Source: Paragordius varius
Lineage: Eukaryota; Animalia; Nematomorpha
Direction: 5' to 3'
Length of the DNA stretch: 64,000 bases
Assembly (NCBI GenBank): GCA_964247055.1
Contig: OZ176050.1
Location: forward strand, 9,672,001 to 9,736,000
The first letter of the stretch is position 1. Every line of letters begins with the position of its first letter. A program made the position numbers and the translations under genes. Shown here piece after piece: positions 60,501-64,000 of the stretch. The notes below the pieces were generated by a model, which saw only the letters and a program-made list of their open reading frames with translations, did not search any database and had not been told where the DNA came from.

Positions 60501-62905
60501 TAAATTTATATATCGAAATTGTCAAGAATTTCCGCGCTACCAACTCATATTTAAAGGAATATTAAACAAAACTGCCAATATAATATCGAAAAATATAAAG
60601 AAAACTCGTGTAAATATCTTTATTACTTTCTAAATGTTTAAATAATTTTAAACGGTCATAGAAATTTTGGCGTAAATTTATCTATTTTAAAGGTTTTACA
60701 TCCCTAATGTTTTATATCGGTCATCCATATTTATACAAATAAACAAGTTTTTTTTAATTATGGGTTTGGCTCAATATATTCCTATCAATTATTTTATAGA
60801 ATTCTAGTCAATCAGTACGACTCCTAAATAAGTCAATTGCTACCCAGTGTGCATTTATACCTACACAAGGGATAATAAGATTGACTGTGTAAAACAACGT
60901 TTTCCTCCGTATAGTTATGTTGAATGTTATGTCCGGATACGGTTCTGCACAACACGGGTAATATTTGTTCGTTTTTTTGGCCGGGACTGCCAGAAGGTCC
61001 CATTCAACACTGGGATAGTATTCGGACAGATCGACACCATACTCATAAAAATCTTTTTCTTTGGAAACGGACCGTGTTCGGACTTGTGAAATGGCTGTGG
61101 ACGTTGGAGGCAAGGTGTCAACAGAAGTATCTAAAGGATCTGACAAAAATTTAGCGTGCGTAGAAAGAAAACTTTGGTTGGGACTTATCATTGGGGAAAC
61201 AGATGTGCCTACAGAACGCTTATTAGAGCCCGTGTTTTGAGCAGCAGCAACAACAGCGGTTTTTTTAGGTTGATCCATGTCTATGTGTTCTATATCAACC
61301 TATTATTATATAATTTATATAATAATTATTTAATATACAGTGATTTACATACATACACCTATGAATGTAATTTAACAATAAAATAAATTATGACGATTCA
61401 TAACTTGTTTTAGGTGGTAATAATAGAAAAGTAAAGCTATATATGTTTTCTTATCATGAAAGCTCTAACGGTCATATTTTTTAAATTTAAAACTTTGTAA
61501 AAGACATATTATTATAGAAATATGAATGCTTACCTGAAAGCCATCATAGGTCCAAGAACCAAATTTCATACTACACAATTGTTGATCAAATGGAAAATAT
61601 TCCACATCTATGGGACAATAGCTTTTATAGATTGCTGGCGGTTCCCAAACCACCCTCCCAGTATAATGGAGTGTAGCTTTCGTCATTAATGTTATCTCAT
61701 AATTTCCGTCGGCGCTAAAGTTATTCAATAATCCAATACATTATTTTTACAGTATGAGTAAATTTTTGCTAGTTTGTTTATTGAATATTGCCAAATATCA
61801 TATAATGAAAAGAAATTATTAATCGCTAATAGCAGCAAAAAGCGAAAAAAATAACTAAAGGCTAATAAAATTGCCAGCTTTATATGCTATCTGGCAATAA
61901 AAACAAACAATGTATACTTCATATTGTATAATATGCAAAAATCATATTTATACTTGTTGTATAATACAATATCGGGTAACCAAATTTTTTCAGATGGTAT
62001 ATGTAGTTTTTCCACATCTCCGTACTCTTTTGGATTCCAAACTAATTTGTAATCGAACCATTCCTAAATACAAATACATATATATAATATATATATATAT
62101 ATTTGACTAAAATGGACATGTATAAAAAAATCGAACAAAAAAATTGGTCCTAACAATGGTTAAAAATAATATTTATATTTTATTGCCGATATATATAAAC
62201 GATTTAGTTGTAGTGTAAGACTAGTAAAATGACTTTATAAAATGTAGCTATTCAATAGATTGCGATTTATGTGTAAAATTAATTTGAAATATTAGTCTAT
62301 ACCGGACAACCCGTTTCTCGCATCAAAATATTATTACAAATAATAGTAGTCCTGATACATTGTTATTTGATCAAATTGTCTATATTTTTACCAAATAATT
62401 TATATTAAATGAATAAATAACCGAAAGATAAAATACATTTAATGAGTAAACATGTTTGGAAAAGATTTTTTTTGAGTTTGGATATATATATATATGTGGC
62501 TTCTTTAAAACATTGTTAATTAAAATTCAAAAAGTTTTTGGAAAATTTTTAATACTTAAAAATTGTATAACAAACCTGTCGGACCCATACATTAGTGGTC
62601 ATGATTTGATCCTTTTCGTGCTAGAAAGTTAAATATTATATACAATGAAAATAAGATATAAAGCGCAACAAAAAGTGAAAAAAAACTTTTTAACATTATT
62701 ATTATTAATATAAAAATATTTTTACCACATCCAGAATTTGAGTTAACCGCAATCCCAGTTTAATAGTCAATTTTTCGCTGTTATTACCAACCGGTCGTAT
62801 CAAACGATTATAATTACTGAGTAAATCATCATAGAGTCTTTTGGCATCGGGATTCCCAAATACCCATAAAAAATTTAAATGCAGAATTAAAAAAATGATT
62901 AACAT
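57532..62905 (-). CDS. Nicotinic acetylcholine receptor alpha subunit (insect alpha1-4-like group), 10 exons, ~702 aa
   Basis: Exons 62905-62726, 62620-62576, 62063-61954, 61714-61534, 61299-60861, 60448-60061, 59977-59724, 59601-59475, 58026-57813, 57702-57532 join in frame. [22 protein letters not shown], Cys-loop [20 protein letters not shown], loop [10 protein letters not shown]1-M4, [16 protein letters not shown]. Exons 7-8 (M3-M4 loop) inferred from phase and composition only. Confidence 0.93.
58593..58887. mobile_element. hAT-type MITE in nAChR intron 8
   Basis: Imperfect TIRs caggagtggccaac / gttgacacccctg; 8-bp TSD gcttagat / ccttagat (7/8); internal cgcgggcc motifs. Confidence 0.75.
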
Positions 62906-64000
62906 TGCTTGTTGAAAATTATATTAAAAATCAATTAATATGTAGTAAAATAATAGAGCAGGCACAGAGATCTAAGAAATTTTTGTGTTGTGATTAAAAG
63001 AATAGATTGCGGGAGTAGTAATTAGGCTAAAATTAAATATCTATTGATAGTTAAAGAATAAAACACATCCTCATTTAACCGTGTATGTTACAATTGATTA
63101 TCTATGAAAAAAGAGTTTATCATTAAAAAAGAGAAATGCTTAGATGGTTTTGTGGTTGTGGTAAATGAAGGCAAAAAAATCAATTTTTGCCATTGCTCTG
63201 TATGTTTTATCTTAACATTAATATCAAATAATATTTTTTTATAATAAGAGTAATGTTATGTAACAAATAGATAAATATATAAAGTTGTTTTTCCCATTAA
63301 TCTAGTAATCAGGAATCCTATTAAATATTTGGAATTCCTATACATATACATGAAATAGTTACGAAATTTATGTGTCTATTTCATAGATTTTCTCATTATC
63401 CTTAGATTTTAATTTATAGTAAAAACGCACTTTTGCTGGTCAAAATATAACGCTTCCTGCTGAAATTTGTTATTTTTTCGACCTACATCATTGGACAATT
63501 ATAACGATAGCGCCTAAACTTAAATATTATCAAAGCTAAGAGAGGTAAAAATAATGATAGTAGATATCTAATTTTCAGTTTAAACCTTTTGGACTGTTAA
63601 GACCAGTAATCGGAACTAGAACCGTTATGGTTCTGTTATCAATTTGATTTCTTATTCAGTTCCTAGTTTTAATAATAAAATGGTTCTTGTTGGGCAAAAA
63701 TTGTTGGATGGGTATTAGAATTCTATCTATAAAGAAACCAATGTCAACAGGGATCATAAAATGCATAATTTTTTAACTCATTAAAACACATAGGTATTTG
63801 AGTTTGAAAAACGCTGATTATGTAGACCTTCTAAGAGTCCAAAAACCAAAAACTTATTTTAGAATCCATGTAAGTGGTTCCGGTTCCAAAAACAATTTTT
63901 TAATCAAAATGGTTCCGAAGAGCAACAATAATAACGGTAAAATAATATTGTTTACCAAATGTTTTCAATACCTTTTTCCATAAAACAGGTAGTTTTTTAA

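Overview
Very AT-rich eukaryotic (invertebrate animal, protostome-like) genomic DNA. No bacterial genes, CRISPR, rRNA or tRNA were seen. Seven protein genes were reconstructed by hand, six of them spliced: PARL (-, runs off the left edge), ATG3 (+), calmodulin (-), a TSPAN6/7-like tetraspanin (+), intronless Rap2 (+), MRPL20 (-, not identifiable from the ORF track) and a nicotinic acetylcholine receptor alpha subunit (-). The main signals are: (1) 16 GT-AG introns of only 21-34 nt at conserved animal intron positions, alongside introns of 83 nt to 4.2 kb; (2) PARL and ATG3 start codons only 27 bp apart head-to-head; (3) a dispersed 454-nt non-coding retroelement carrying a minimal type I hammerhead ribozyme, in three copies (one intact intergenic, one intact and sense inside a calmodulin intron, one core-deleted inside an ATG3 intron); (4) a nAChR with a ~70-aa loop-F insertion. 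The rest is degenerate RTE LINEs, a Helitron, MITEs/foldbacks and a ~45-bp satellite. All gene models and RNA folds were done by eye and need RNA-seq or computational confirmation.
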